Source of the DNA: Camelus dromedarius
Lineage: Eukaryota
Assembly (NCBI RefSeq): GCF_036321535.1
Contig: NC_087444.1
Location: 77,810,001-77,874,000 of the forward strand
Reading direction: 5' to 3'
DNA length: 64,000 nucleotides
The notes beneath the pieces were generated by a model that was not told the origin of the DNA, ran no database searches, and worked only from the letters and a program-made list of their open reading frames with translations. A program made the position numbers and the translations under genes. Shown piece by piece: positions 29,509-43,263 of this stretch (position 1 is the stretch's first letter; every line of letters starts with the position of its first letter).

Positions 29509-30955
29509 TCACCCGGGGCACAGAGTAAGGGACTTGACATACCGGTCCATGACCCCCCAGCCCCCCGGGTCCCAGGCCCCAGCCCTGTGGGCTTCATGGG
29601 TACCGGGAACTCAGCGGTTCCAGAGGATGGAGCTTCCCCAGGGCTTGGACATGGCCCTGCAGGGGTGGTCAACCCTGGACTGGGGGAGGAGCCTTCGGTG
29701 TTGGGGCTTTGTGACCTCATTGGTCACAGATTCTTCCTGGGAACTCTCCTGGGGCCATGGGCTCCCTTCTCCCGCAGGAATGTATCCTGGAGTCTTGGGG
29801 CTGGGGTGGATGAATCAGAAGCCCCTGCTCCAGACCCAAATTAATGGCAACCCAGGGCCCTGGGAGGGTCCATCAGGGATATTGTAAATGGATAATTAAA
29901 CAAAAGGATTTTGCGTCTTAAGAGAGGAGAACTGAATTACAGTCTCAACTTGCCACTGACCCTTCTCTAGACCCTGGCTAAGGCCCATACCCCCACAGGG
30001 CCTCAGTTTTCCTGTATCTAACTTGTCTGTGTCTGCGGCAATGGTGGCTCTACATTGGTTATAAAGAAAGGAACATGAGTTTGGAATGAAGCAGACCTTT
30101 GGCAGAATCAAATTCTGTCTCTCCCTAGCTCTGTGTGACTGTAAACAACACACATTTCACCAGGAGCCTCAGTTTCCCTCATCTGTAAAATATGGGGTAT
30201 TGGAGGATACAGGGGGTCCTGTAAGTACTTAGAGCATGGCCCAGAGCAGGCGTTCAATGAATGGTCACTCTTGTCCCCTTCTGAGGGCTTTTGGGGTGGA
30301 GGAGGGGGGCTGATATTCTGTCATTCTAAATATAGTGTTTATTATTTTTTAAAATGTGTCATGCAAAATACATGGTCATTGTAAAAATTCTGGAAAATAC
30401 AGACAAGCACAAATAATGAAAGTCACCCACCATCCCACCCCCACCTTCTACCCTGAAGTGGCCGTTGTCAACGTTTTGGTGTATTTCCTTCTAGGATTTT
30501 TAAATGGCCTATAAAAGGGGGATCACACAGTGGTTAGCAGCTGGCTCCTTCTGTTCTAAAGCGGCTTCTGTAGCATCCCTCTTCGTGGCTGGTGTATTCT
30601 ATCACACGGATGCCCTGTCATGTATATAACCATCCCGCACTGTTGGACATGTAGGTTGTTTCCAGTTCGCTGCTGTGAACACTGCCAAAATGAACAAATT
30701 TGAGCTTGCAGTTTTGCCCTGTACTAGTACTGTTGGTCACGGGGAACCTTCTGGAACCTCCATTAAATATTTATTGAGTGCCTAAGAAGTGCTGGCCACC
30801 AGGTGAGGCTCAGTCCCTGCCCCTCAGAGCTCACCCTCTCTGGGGGACTGACAGTACCCCCTCTGCTGCCCTGCCCACTCAGGGCCCCCCAGGGACCCCA
30901 GCATCCAGCCCCTGGCCCCCAGAGAAATCATCTCTAAGTGGATGTGTATGACAAA

Positions 30956-31352
30956 TTTAATTCCCTCTTCTTCATCTCATAAAGGTTTCTCACATTTTTG
31001 TACAAAAACCCAGGCCTCCTTTCCCCCTCCCTCCCCACCCCAACACAAAAAGTAATTGCTTAATAAATAATACATGCTCCTGCCCAGGCCCAGAGGGGTG
31101 GGTCTCATGGAGACACTGTGGCCAGACTCCTTAGAGATCCAAGAATCCAGGACCCCAGTTCCCTCCTCCTCAGAGACCCCCGAGTCCACCTGCCTCCCAC
31201 CCACCCCCTTAAATAAATAAGTATAAATAAGGCACAGATCCACCCCACTCCCACCCAGGTCTCCTGGATGGATCACCTCTGACTACAGGGAGACAGTGGG
31301 GTGGGGGGTCCTCTGGCTGCAATGCCCCCAGTCCCAAAATAAATAAATAAAT
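30956..31352 (-). promoter_or_regulatory. IL11: IL11 3'UTR AU-rich elements and ATTAAA poly(A) signal (30961-30956)
   Basis: Overlapping ATTTA pentamers on minus (taaataaataaataa ~31338-31352; taaataaataag ~31209-31229; taataaataa ~31061-31070). The minus-strand context gggaATTAAAtttgtcatacacatcc resembles my recollection of the human IL11 3' end. Confidence 0.75.
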
Positions 31353-31394
31353 AAGATCTGGCTTTGAAGGATGCTGGTGGCTCTGGGTGGAGGG

Positions 31395-33034
31395 TCACAG
31401 CCGAGTCTTCAGCAGCAGCAAGCCCCGGACAGCCCAGTCGAGGGTCAGGTGCAGCCCCCCAAGGATGGCATGGGCTGCCCGGATGCCTCCCCAGGCTGAG
31501 GACGGTGGGGCCAAGGGGGGTGCCGGTGGGTCTGGGGGCGCCTGGGGCAGGGCCAGGCGGGACATCTGTTGGGAGAGGACGGAGGGTTAGCAACAGTCTG
31601 GGGTGCAGTGGGGGTTGGGGAATGGGGTGGTTGGGGCCTGTACTGAATCAGGTAGGGGGGTGTCCAGGTTGCATATTTCCACAGCATCTCTGGCCTGTGA
31701 GGTGGGGTGTCATCTGGGTAGGGAGTTCTTCAGGATGTTGAATTCAGCAAATTGAGGCTGGGGTGAAAAGGTGGTGGTCTTAAGGCTGGGATTCCAGGGC
31801 CATGTTCATGGGGCTTGGGGTGAGGTCTGTAGAGTCAGGGCTGGGATCCTGGAGCTAGGTGAGGGCTGAGGGTTGAAGTCTGCGGTCAGGCCCAGGATCT
31901 CAGGGCTGAGGTCTTAGATGTGGGGTCTCTAGGCTCAAGCTCAGGGACTTGTGGGTGAGAGCTGGTCTCTCAGGTCTGGAGTCTCAGAGCTGAGAGTTGG
32001 AATTTGAGTTCCAGGGTCTTTGGGGTCAAGTCCAGGAACTGCAGTCTGAAATCTTACAATCTCAGCGTCTTGGTTCTGGGGCTTTGAAAGTCAGCATCTT
32101 GGAGTCTTAAGGACTTACAACCTAGATCTGAGGTCTTGGGGATTCAGGGCTCGGGGTCTGGGGTCTTCCAATTTGAGATCTCAGGGTCTAGGTCCTTGAG
32201 GTCTGGGGTTTGCAGTTAGGGTCTCTAGGCTGGCTTTGAGTTGGGGTCCATCATCTTAGGGTCTAGAGCCTTGAAGTGTCAGGATCTCAGGGTCAGGAGG
32301 TGAGGGGTCTTAAGGTCTGGAGGTTCAGAGTGTCCAAGTCTTAGGGTCTAGAATCCTCTTGTCTTTGGGCCAGTGTCTCCAAGTCTTGGGGTCAGGGTTT
32401 GGACTCTCAAATCTTAAGGTTTTAGGGTAGGAGTTTTGGAATCACGAGATCATGGGGTTTATGAGTCTCACGTGAAAATTTAGAGTTTCAGGGCAGGATT
32501 TTGGAGTTCAGTGCCTCAGGGACAGAGTGAGGATCTCAGAGCAGGTCTGGGATCTGGAGTCTTGGGGTCTTGGGTCTCAGGGCCAGGTCATCATACCAGG
32601 AGCTGCAGCCGGCGCAGCAGCCGGTCCAGCCGGGCCTGCAGAGCACCCAGTTCGGGCTCCAGGGTCCGCAGGGAAGGGCCTCCTGCCCTGCGCAGCCACT
32701 GCACGTGCCTCAAGTAGGAGAACAGGTCTGCCCGCAGCCGTGTCAGCACTCCTGGGAGCTGGGGGACATGCGGGGGCGTCAAGGAGCACTTGGCAATGCC
32801 CACTCCGGTCCCCAATTTCCTGCACCCCCTTCACTGCCCAGCTCCCACTTTTGCCCCATCCCTCTCCCCTGCACTTACCTGCAGGGCTCCCAGCGCCCCT
32901 GCACTCATGGCCAAGGTGGGGAGGGAATCCAGGTTGTGGTCTCCGTCAGCTGGAAATTTGTCTCTCTGGGGGGAAAGAAGCCATGAGAGGGACCTGGCTC
33001 AGCTCCAGGAGTCCCTCCATCCTCCACGACAGGC

Positions 33035-33065
<31 letters not shown>

Positions 33066-34518
33066 GCGCGCGCTCACACCCCGGCTCTGCCACCAGCAGG
33101 GTAGCCTAGAAGCCCTCCTGACTCTGGGTCTTGGCCCCAGCGCATCCCCTCCAGTCTCTCCTACCAGCTGTGCGGCCAGCTGCCGGGTGTCCGCCAGGAG
33201 AGAGCGCGTCAGGAGGACGGCGCTGTCCAGCTCAGCCCGAGGGTCTGGGGAGGCCCGCGGGGGGCCAGGAGGTGGCCCTGGGGCAGTAGCTCTATCTGGC
33301 CACAGGCTCAGTGCGACCAGGACCAGGCAGCAAACACCTGGGGGCAGGAGAAGAAAGAAGGCTCAAGCCGGACTCGTGGGTCTGAGGGAGGAGGGGCTGG
33401 GGTGGGGGTCCTGAGTCCCAGGGAGGAGCGCCCAGGGCACTTCGCAGGGCCTGGGCGGGTTTCCCTCTCCCTCTCCGGCTCTGGCTGCCCCGCCCGTCGG
33501 AGCAGACGCGGCCCTGGGCGGGTAGACGGGCCGGGCGTCTCCCGTCCGCCCCCGGACGCCGGAATCTGGGCCCCGGGGCGGGGCAAGAGGGGGGAGACAC
33601 AGGCCAGAACCTGCCCCCTCCCCGGGCTCAGGAGCCCGAGCCGGACTGAGAGCACGGGAAGGAGACCGGGACAGAGGCCCGGGGGCCCTGACCCCTCCCC
33701 GGGACACCCCCCCATAGGCCCGCCAGAGTGGACCGCGGAAGGCCGGGCTGCAGTGCCGGGGATGCCCCGCAGCACACCTGGGCGGAGAGAGGGAGAGACG
33801 CGGGCACCCCGGGCACGCGGCGGGGAGAGAGGGACCCGGCGGCGCTCAGCGCGGGGGCTCCGGCCCGCTCCCTCCGCGGCCACCCATCCCCCAGCTGCCC
33901 CGCCCACCCCGCCCGCCAGCCAATCAGCGCCCCCCGGGCCGCCCCGCTCCCGCAGCACACCCCCAGCCCGCCCCCTGAGCCCTCCCAGGCCGCTGTCTGT
34001 CGGTCTGTCCGCATCTGTCTGGCTCTCTGGTTTCTGTCTGCACCCCTGTCGCTCCCTCTCTCTCCGCCCCTGGGGTCGATGTTCCGGGCTTGCTCTCACC
34101 TCCTTGGGCTCTCTGCCTCAGTTTCCTTCCTGGAACCTGTCTGTCGGAGTCCCTGGGTGTCTGCGTCCCTCGGTCCCCGCTGGCTCCCCGGGATTCCCAG
34201 GGCTTTTGGGATCACCCCCTGGCATTTGTATCCCTGTCTCTCCCTCTGAGTCTCTATTTCTTTCTTCCTGGCGCTGCGCTGAAGGTGTCTCGGCGTCTCT
34301 GATCCGTCCTTTCATATGTCCCTCTGCCAGTCCCTTCTCTAGGCCTCCTGCTTTCTCTGAATCTTCTTCCCTCTCCGTCCCTGCGTCCCCATCGCTCTCC
34401 TCTGTCTCTCTGTCCGATTCCGCTGTGTCTGTCTGCTCCCCACCCTTCCCGCCGACGGTCCCTCCCTCCTCCCTCCCTGTCCCCCCTCTCCAGGAACTTG
34501 AACCAACTTACTGTTCAT
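31395..34518 (-). CDS. IL11: Interleukin-11 precursor, 199 aa
   Basis: Coding exons 34518-34512, 33337-33165, 32965-32879, 32758-32597, 31565-31395 (7+173+87+162+171=600 nt), GT-AG. MNSVCCLVLVALSLWPDRATAPGPPPGPPRASPDPRAELDSAVLLTRSLLADTRQLAAQLRDKFPADGDHNLDSLPTLAMSAG...WAVRGLLLLKTRL*. Confidence 0.99.
33036..33072. repeat. (CA)n-(CG)n microsatellite in IL11 intron 2
   Basis: cacacacacacacacacacacacacacgcgcgcgc. Confidence 0.95.
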
Positions 34519-34696
34519 GTCCCCACAGGGCAGGGGTTCCCCAGGGCAGGGGGCAGGGAGCTGGGGGCCTTTAACCCTTCCCTGTCCGCTGCCGTGGGAG
34601 CCCTGGGGGTCAGCTGGGCCTCGGCCTGGGGAGGGGAGGCATGTGCGTGTGAGCAGAGAGGGCCGCGGCAGTGAGGGAGTGTGTACGCCTGGGGGG

Positions 34697-34768
34697 TTAT
34701 ATAGGGGGCCGGGGCGGGCGGGCGGGGGGCAGGCGGCAGGGGAGGGCGGCCTGACACATCCTGACTCA
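34697..34768 (-). promoter_or_regulatory. IL11: IL11 core promoter: TATA box and twin AP-1 sites
   Basis: TATATAA (minus) at 34703-34697. TGACACA at 34752-34758 and TGACTCA at 34762-34768 match the established two-AP-1 layout of the IL11 promoter. Confidence 0.9.
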
Positions 34769-36740
34769 CCCTCCCTGCCTGCCTTTTCCATTCAGACGGA
34801 GCCNNNNNNNNNNNNNNNNNNNNNNNNNNNNNNNNNNNNNNNNNNNNNNNNNNNNNNNNNNNNNNNNNNNNNNNNNNNNNNNNNNNNNNNNNNNNNNNNN
34901 NNNNNNNNNNNNNNNNNNNNNNNNNNNNNNNNNNNNNNNNNNNNNNNNNNNGCCAGGGCAGACACACTCAGCTCAAGAACTGGGGCCTGGCTGCAGGCGG
35001 GGGTCCGACTGGACCAGGACAGACAGAGAGATGTGGCAGCAGGGAGAGATGGGGATGGGGCCACAATATGCAGGCCTGGGGAGATGGAGGTGTGAGAGGA
35101 AGAGATTCCCAGGGGCAGAGAGAGAGATGGAGACACTGAGACCCAGACACACAGAGAGATGGGGACACGGGACAGAGATGGGGAGTCTGAGATGCAGAGA
35201 TAGAGATACATGGAGAGATAGAGACAGCCAAGGAGATACACCACAGGAGCAGAGGAAACCAGGAGACAGAGGAGAGGTCCTGGGAGTCAGAGATAGCAAG
35301 CAAGATGAAGACAGCAGGAGAGATTTGCAGAGACCCAGAGGGACCCCCAAAAGAAAAGAGATGGAGACAGGGTGTGTCAGAAAGAAGAGAGGCAGGCAGC
35401 AGAAAAGGGAGACACGAGGCAGGGTGGCAGAGATGGAGAGGCCCCAGGAGGCAAAGATGCCCAGAGGGATGGAGACGCTGACACAAGGAGGAGTCAGCAG
35501 TGGGGACAGACTGAGGGGGAGCCTTTCTCCAAGAGACAGGCTGGGACATGGTGAAAGGGAGCCAGAGGCAGAGACAGGGACCAAGAGACAGAAGTTGTGG
35601 AGACCTAGTATAGGTAGGACCTCGGGCATATGGCTTCACCTCTCTGTGCCTCAGTTTCTCTATCTGTGAAATGGGGACACCCCGGGCACCTCCCCCTTCC
35701 CAAACACCTGGGTGAGGACAGAGTGAGTTCAGACCACACAGTCAGCTCTCAGTAACTGTGAACCATAGCTATTCTTGTGGTTGATGTTTATTAACACACC
35801 CAGGGAGACAGAGAAAAAGATGCAGGTTCTGGGAGAGATGGAGATGGTGCGAGCCAGACAGTGAGGATGAGGAGACCTGGACAGGCAGCTCAGAGGGGAG
35901 CTGGAGACCAGGGCAGGGCAGGGAGAACACCAGGCCGAGAGGTGGAGATGCAGAGAGGGTTTGGAGCAGGAGATGCAGATTTGGGAGGACAGCGATGCCA
36001 ACACAGGCACACAAGGGAAGCACCACATATATGGAGCGCAGCTGGCCCAGGGGATTCACAGCAGCCAGTGAGGGACCAAGACAGGGACCCAAGTCCGCAG
36101 GAGTCCCCCTCAACCCCAGGAGAAAGGTGGCAGAGAAGGATGGAGCGGACTGAGAAGACAAAAGGTGAAAAGGACTTCCAAAAGTCTCCCCTCCTGGCCC
36201 CTGAGACTGTGCTAAGCGGGAAGGGGGCTCTGGGGATGAATGGCGGCTGGAGTCATCCCCCTCCCCTCCCCCACCACTGGGGGGACGACTGCTCAGGTCC
36301 CCGGGGAGGTGAGGTCACAGCCCCCCCATGGTGGGACATGACCTCATCGACTCAGGTAAGAGCTTGCTCTGCCTCTCTCAGTCTGTCATGGCCACCCCTT
36401 CCAGGGCCCCCCAGGGGCCCTCCCCAGCCCCAGCTCACGCTGGGACCCAGGCCTCTGACCACTGGTTCTCCGCCCCTCAGGGGGCCTGTTTCCGGCTGAG
36501 TCAGCGTGGGGGGCCCAAGGCTGCGTCAGTGAGGGGAGAACTGACGTAGCCCCCCCCCCAGACCGGCGGGGCCAGCCAAGGTGACTCAGGCCACCAGCCT
36601 GGGGGATGGACTGGCCTGAGGGGATCGGGGACTGGGCCTGAGGCCAGCATGAGAGCAACAATAGGGATCTGGTGATGGCAGCCCCTTCCACCTACAGGGA
36701 ACCAGGGGTGCCAACCCCAATCCCACTGCTCCAACCCAGG

Positions 36741-36851
36741 ATTTCAAGACCCCAGATCCTCCTCCCTCAGAACCAGGATTTCAAGACCCCAGATCCTCCT
36801 CCCTCAGACTCAGGAGTCCAGACCCCCAGCCCCTCCTCCCTCAGACTCAGG
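36741..36851 (+). repeat. MSR1-like 37-bp minisatellite, 3 units
   Basis: Units 36741-36777, 36778-36814, 36815-36851. The third is AGTCCAGACCCCCAGCCCCTCCTCCCTCAGACTCAGG. Confidence 0.85.
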
Positions 36852-39087
36852 AGTCAAGTGTCTAGTCCCTAAACTCTAGTTTCTAGAAAGGTGGAGAAAC
36901 CTTGTGCTCATTCTGCAACTTGGGGAGCACTCGGCTGGGGAGGGTCAGGCGTTTGGGCCTGGGTTAGTGTGCTCTGCCTAGTGCCAAGCCCCTCGTCCTG
37001 CCTCAGCCCTCCCCCAGTGTGGCTGCCAGAGGCCCAGGGAGATGCTGTGGGTACGGGGCAGGAGGGTGGGGGATTGCTCTGGATTCCTGGGTCTTCTCCA
37101 GGGGTGGGCACACTTGGGCTACTTCTGTGGAAAGGACAGCAAGAAGGAGAGACAGAGACATGGGTGCCGAGGTGGAGAGGCAGGGTAGGGGACTCACAAT
37201 GACAGAAGATGATAGTGACAAACAGAGACACAAGAGCACAGAGACCAGAGGTAGAAGAAGACAGAGATGCAAAACAAGTTGGGACCCACAGAGACACAAA
37301 GAGACAAGTTCAGAGGCAAGGACTGGGGGAGACATGGAGCCTAGGGTCTGAGGAATGGCCACAGACGTGGGGGAGATGCCACTAGGATATGACGGGGGAC
37401 CCCAGGGGGTCCTTGCTCATGTGCTGGCCCTTGGGTGAGGTGGAGCTGGCTGGTGTGAGGTCAGCAGGTCCGAGGCTGTGTGTGTCCGTCTGTCTGTCCC
37501 TGGGGGGTCCTGTCTGGCCACTGGGGGGTGACGGGGCAGGCGGGCCGCAGAGGCAGACCAAACCTGTCATTAGCGGTGAGGGCCGTGACGGGGGCCCCCC
37601 TAGTCCCAAGCCNNNNNNNNNNNNNNNNNNNNNNNNNNNNNNNNNNNNNNNNNNNNNNNNNNNNNNNNNNNNNNNNNNNNNNNNNNNNNNNNNNNNNNNN
37701 NNNNNNNNNNNNNNNNNNNNNNNNNNNNNNNNNNNNNNNNNNNNNNNNNNNNNNNNNNNNNNNNNNNNCCTGCCGAGCCCCCTCTGACCTGTGTCATCTC
37801 TGACGAAGGCAGCCCAGGGCCCACTCAGCACCCACCAGGATGTTTACAGGAGATGGGCAGGACAGGAGTCAGCCTCACAGGGCTTCCTGAGAAATGGGGT
37901 CTGGACTCCTGGACAGCTGCCCTCAGACCAGGAGTCTNNNNNNNNNNNNNNNNNNNNNNNNNNNNNNNNNNNNNNNNNNNNNNNNNNNNNNNNNNNNNNN
38001 NNNNNNNNNNNNNNNNNNNNNNNNNNNNNNNNNNNNNNNNNNNNNNNNNNNNNNNNNNNNNNNNNTCCTGCCTCAGACCTGGAAGTCCTTACCACCAGAA
38101 ACCCCCTTCTCTCGAATCCAGGTATCCAGACCCCTAGCTCCCCTTTCTCTCAGACTCAGGATCTGGACACAAAGACACACTGCCCCAGGGGAACTGAGCC
38201 CCTTCCCCACTCTGAAAAGTTGAGTCAGGTTCAGGGAAGAACCAGGGTTCATGTCTCCAACCCAGTCCCCAAATTGACCTCCTACCCCACCACTGCGAGG
38301 GACCAAACCAGGAGCTTGAGGACCTCCACTTGGATCTGTTTCCCTGTTTGCAGGTGAGGAAAGTGAGACTGAACTAGGAGAAGGGGCTCTGGGCCCATGA
38401 GTCACTCTCCCCTGGCACTCAGATCGCTCAGATCTCGGCATGGCCCAGCCCTCCATTACATATTCCCCATGGGGAGGGCTGGATGCCTTTGGGACCAAGA
38501 GACCCCTGGGCATGTGCTCTGGCCTATGGCATGAGCCCCATTTTCTCATCGCCCTCCTAGGTCTTCTGGTTGCTAGGGGGCCTCCCTAACAATGGGGCTC
38601 AGTGAGGCCTTCTGAGCCCCAGGGCCCCTGCCCCTGGTTGCTAGGGAAGGCCCCCAGCAACCAGATCTCAGGAGCCTTTGGGCTACCTAGAGCTGCCTCG
38701 CAGGCATCAGGTTACTAAGCAGAGGTATTCCCTGGCAAAAAGGTCTCCGGGTGCCCACCCCTTGGGGTCCTCCAATTGCAAGGAGGAGACAGACGCCTTA
38801 GACTGCTACTTGCTTTCTGCCCAGGGTGCTAAGGCAGCTCTTCTAATGCCTGGGCCCCACCTCCACCACAAGGCCCCCTTCACCTGGTTGCTAATGAAGC
38901 AGCCCCCTAGCAACCAGGCATGACCAGGCCAGTGTGACCCCTCTTCCCTCTTCCCCAATGCTAACGGGGCTCCCTGGCAACAGAACTTAGAACATTGGGG
39001 GCCAGGTGGGCGGGGCCAAACCGGTTGCTGGGGTGATGGCCTTCAAGGTCTCTCCCCACAGAAGCCCCAGGAGTCTGGGGAGGCAAC

Positions 39088-40216
<1,129 letters not shown>

Positions 40217-42019
40217 GTGCACCCTCGGGGGACCTCTCAATACAGATAAAGCACACAGATGTGTGGTCTCTTTTCTGAGAAGCATGAAGCAGGGGGCAGC
40301 TGAGACCCGGAGGCAGGGAGTGTGTGTATGTGTGTTTTAGGGGGACCTGTGCTGATGGGGGTGCTCGGTTGATCATGGAGGCTGTGAGCTGAAGGGCATC
40401 TGGAATAACAGGTCCAGGGCTCAGTGGGGAGGAGCCAAGCTGAGGGGCACTTGGGGTGATAAGGGGGTCTCTGAGCTGATTGTGGGGGCCTGGGTTGAGT
40501 GTAGGTCCTGGGCTGTGGATATGGGGATCTGGGCTGGGGGATGGGGTGAGTGGCGGTGGCCTGGGATGATGGGCCAGCTTGGTTGAGGGGTGTCTGAACT
40601 GGGCTGGGGGTCATGTTCAGCTGTGCCCCTCAGCTCTCCTTCTACCACTGCCTGACAGCCTCTGCTGCCTGCCCTTGGGACCCTATCGCCCTCTGCCATC
40701 ATTGGCCTTACTTCCCACCAATGCCTGACAGTGGTGGCTCTCAGATTCCCCTGTGACTGGGCAGAAATTTTCTTGGAAGTTCATTACAGTTCAACACCCA
40801 TCCTGCTCACACCCCTTACCATCCCTCTGTCGTTTCTCAGGTGACAGACCCTCCCTAACCTATCCTCCATAAGTACTGCCCCCAATAAATAAATAAAGTG
40901 AATTTTGCAAGTCTAATTTTGCCTCTCTGTCTGCTTCTCAGTGGGCCCAAAACTAACAGAGAAGCCTGGGCTGAGGGAGGCCTGGATTGAGGGGGTGGGT
41001 CTGGCCTTGAGATCCTTACCCCCACTCCTGTCCCTCCTGGGTGAGGGGGTAGCATGAAGCTGGGCTCCTAGGTCCTGGAGGGTTTGGGTGGCCCTTCGCC
41101 CAACCCCTGCCCCAGCACCGTCCCTCCCCAGACAGACATGCAGTGCTGTGAGGCAGAGCTGTTTATCCAGAGGATAGAGTGAGGGCAGGTAGGCATCCGG
41201 CCAGAAGATGTTGGGGACAGCTGCACACCTCAGCCAGTTGGGCCCTGACAGGTGGGGCCATGTGTTCACCTGCAGGAGGGAGGGTGGGGTTAGTGGTGGA
41301 TGCTTGTAGCCAGGCATCCCAGGGCTACCACCCAGGGGGAAGGAGCCCTTTTCTCCCACCTCAGACCCTCACAATTGACTCCTACACTTGCCTATATGCT
41401 CCTTCATTCCTCCACGCCCTGATTTGCTGCAGCCAGTGTAGCTTTAACTCACTGGAATCCAGTGGTACAGGTGGGGAAGGAGAGGCAGGGAGAGGCAGAG
41501 AGAGGGAGAGACTCATATACAGCAAAGAGAGAGGGACAGACAGAAATATATCAAGGGAAAGACAGAGGCACAAAGATAAAAAAAAGACTTGGAAGACGGA
41601 GAAGACTGGAGTCCTGTGTTTGGACAGGCATCTTTTTCTTTTAGGAGTGGCCCACCGGCCAGTTGGCTTGGCCAGTTTCTGGCAGGTAGTTCCATCCAGC
41701 TGTGTTAGACTTTTGGACAAGGTAAAGGGCTTTCAGGGGTAATTTTAATCACAGGTGGTTCTTTCTGCATGGTATGGCAAATTTTGTGTTAGCTCATGCT
41801 TCATCTATGCATACATTTGTTCATCTTAAACTGTTGCCTCGTCCGAATCACAGAGCCTAACAAATGACTGGAGTTACTATTTTCTGAAGTCTCACAAAGA
41901 AGGGTATACAGCTAGATTCATTCTGGATGCATAGGAGGGAAGTTAATTCATCACCTACAGAGAACGGCTTTGGATATTAGGATTTAATCTTTGTGTGGAA
42001 CTCCCATTTGAGAAAATGA

Positions 42020-42320
42020 TTCCGTCACTCATCCATCCATTGTTCTACTTATCCATCCAACCACCAGCCAACCCAACTGTCCTCTCATCTATCTACCTAC
42101 CCATAGGCCCAAACATCCATCCAACCACCCATTCACCCATCTGCCATCCGTCATCCATCCCACCATATCCATTCACCCATCCATTCATCAACCAATTCAT
42201 CTATCCATGTGTCACTCATCTATCCATCAATCCAACCACATCCAGCCATCCACCACCTATTTATCCATCAACAATTCATCCATTTATCCCTCTATCCACC
42301 CACCCAATCCATCCACCCAC
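42020..42320. repeat. Degenerate (CCAT)n low-complexity tract in the TMEM238 intron
   Basis: catccatccattg...catccatccaaccacccattcacccatc. Confidence 0.85.
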
Positions 42321-43263
42321 CTTAGCATTCCCCAGCAAAGTTCACTCTTTGCTGGGGAATGCTAAGAACAAAGACACCAGAGACCCAGTTCTTACCCTAA
42401 GGGGGCTCCCTGTTGTGTGGGAGAGACAGTATCAGCACACAGATAAAACACACGGTGACAGAAGCAATAACAGAGGTAACTCAGACAATGTGAAGACCCA
42501 GAGAAAGGCATTGAAATAGAGTTGGATCTTAAAAGACACATGGGAAGTTTTCCATGTGGAGTACAGACAACAAGGGCACTCCTGGTGTAGGTGAAGGCAA
42601 GGACGGAGGCCAGCTGGCATGAGACAGCCTGGCCATCCGTGGACTGAGGGATGCTGTAATAACTGCAGAGAAGGCAGGAGATGAGGGGCACTGAAATGTG
42701 GGGGGTACACATAGTAAGTGGCTTGGAGTCGGCCAAAAGGCAAGAGGGAGTGACAGAGGAGTACACTTTGGAGAGTACAAGAGGTAGCTCCCCTTGAAGA
42801 AGACATGGCACCTGTTGGGGCCTCAGTGTCGGCCCCGGGATGGGGATAGTCACAGTAGTGACCTCAGAGACTCAATGAGAGGATTAAATGGGAAATGGGA
42901 CCGGGTGCACCTGGGGACTGGTGCACAGGAACAAATGTCCAAGTGTTAGAGGAGCTAATGGTGACTCTCCAGCCCTCATTTGTGGGGGCAGCGTCTTATC
43001 TGTCTCTCCCAAGTCTGCACCTTTGTCTGCGTCTCTGGGTCTTCATCCTCTGGCTCTCTGCTCTTCTCCTTTCCAGTCTTGCCCTCTACCGTTGTCCCTC
43101 TGCCTCTCTCCACCTTTCCCTCTCTCCTCGATGTCTCTCCATGTGCCCCCTCTGTCCTTCACCCTCTCCCACTCTCTCTCCAGTTCTCCTTCTGTCTCTC
43201 CCTCTCTTCTGGCTCTCCGTTTCCCCTCCGCCCCGCCTCGCCTCCCCGCCCCTCACCTCGGGC

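Noticed and set aside
33402-34574. 390-aa plus-strand ORF and overlapping ORFs in IL11 intron 1
   Set aside because: GC-rich CpG island with few stops. The product is Pro/Arg/Ser low-complexity with no recognisable domain, antisense to IL11.
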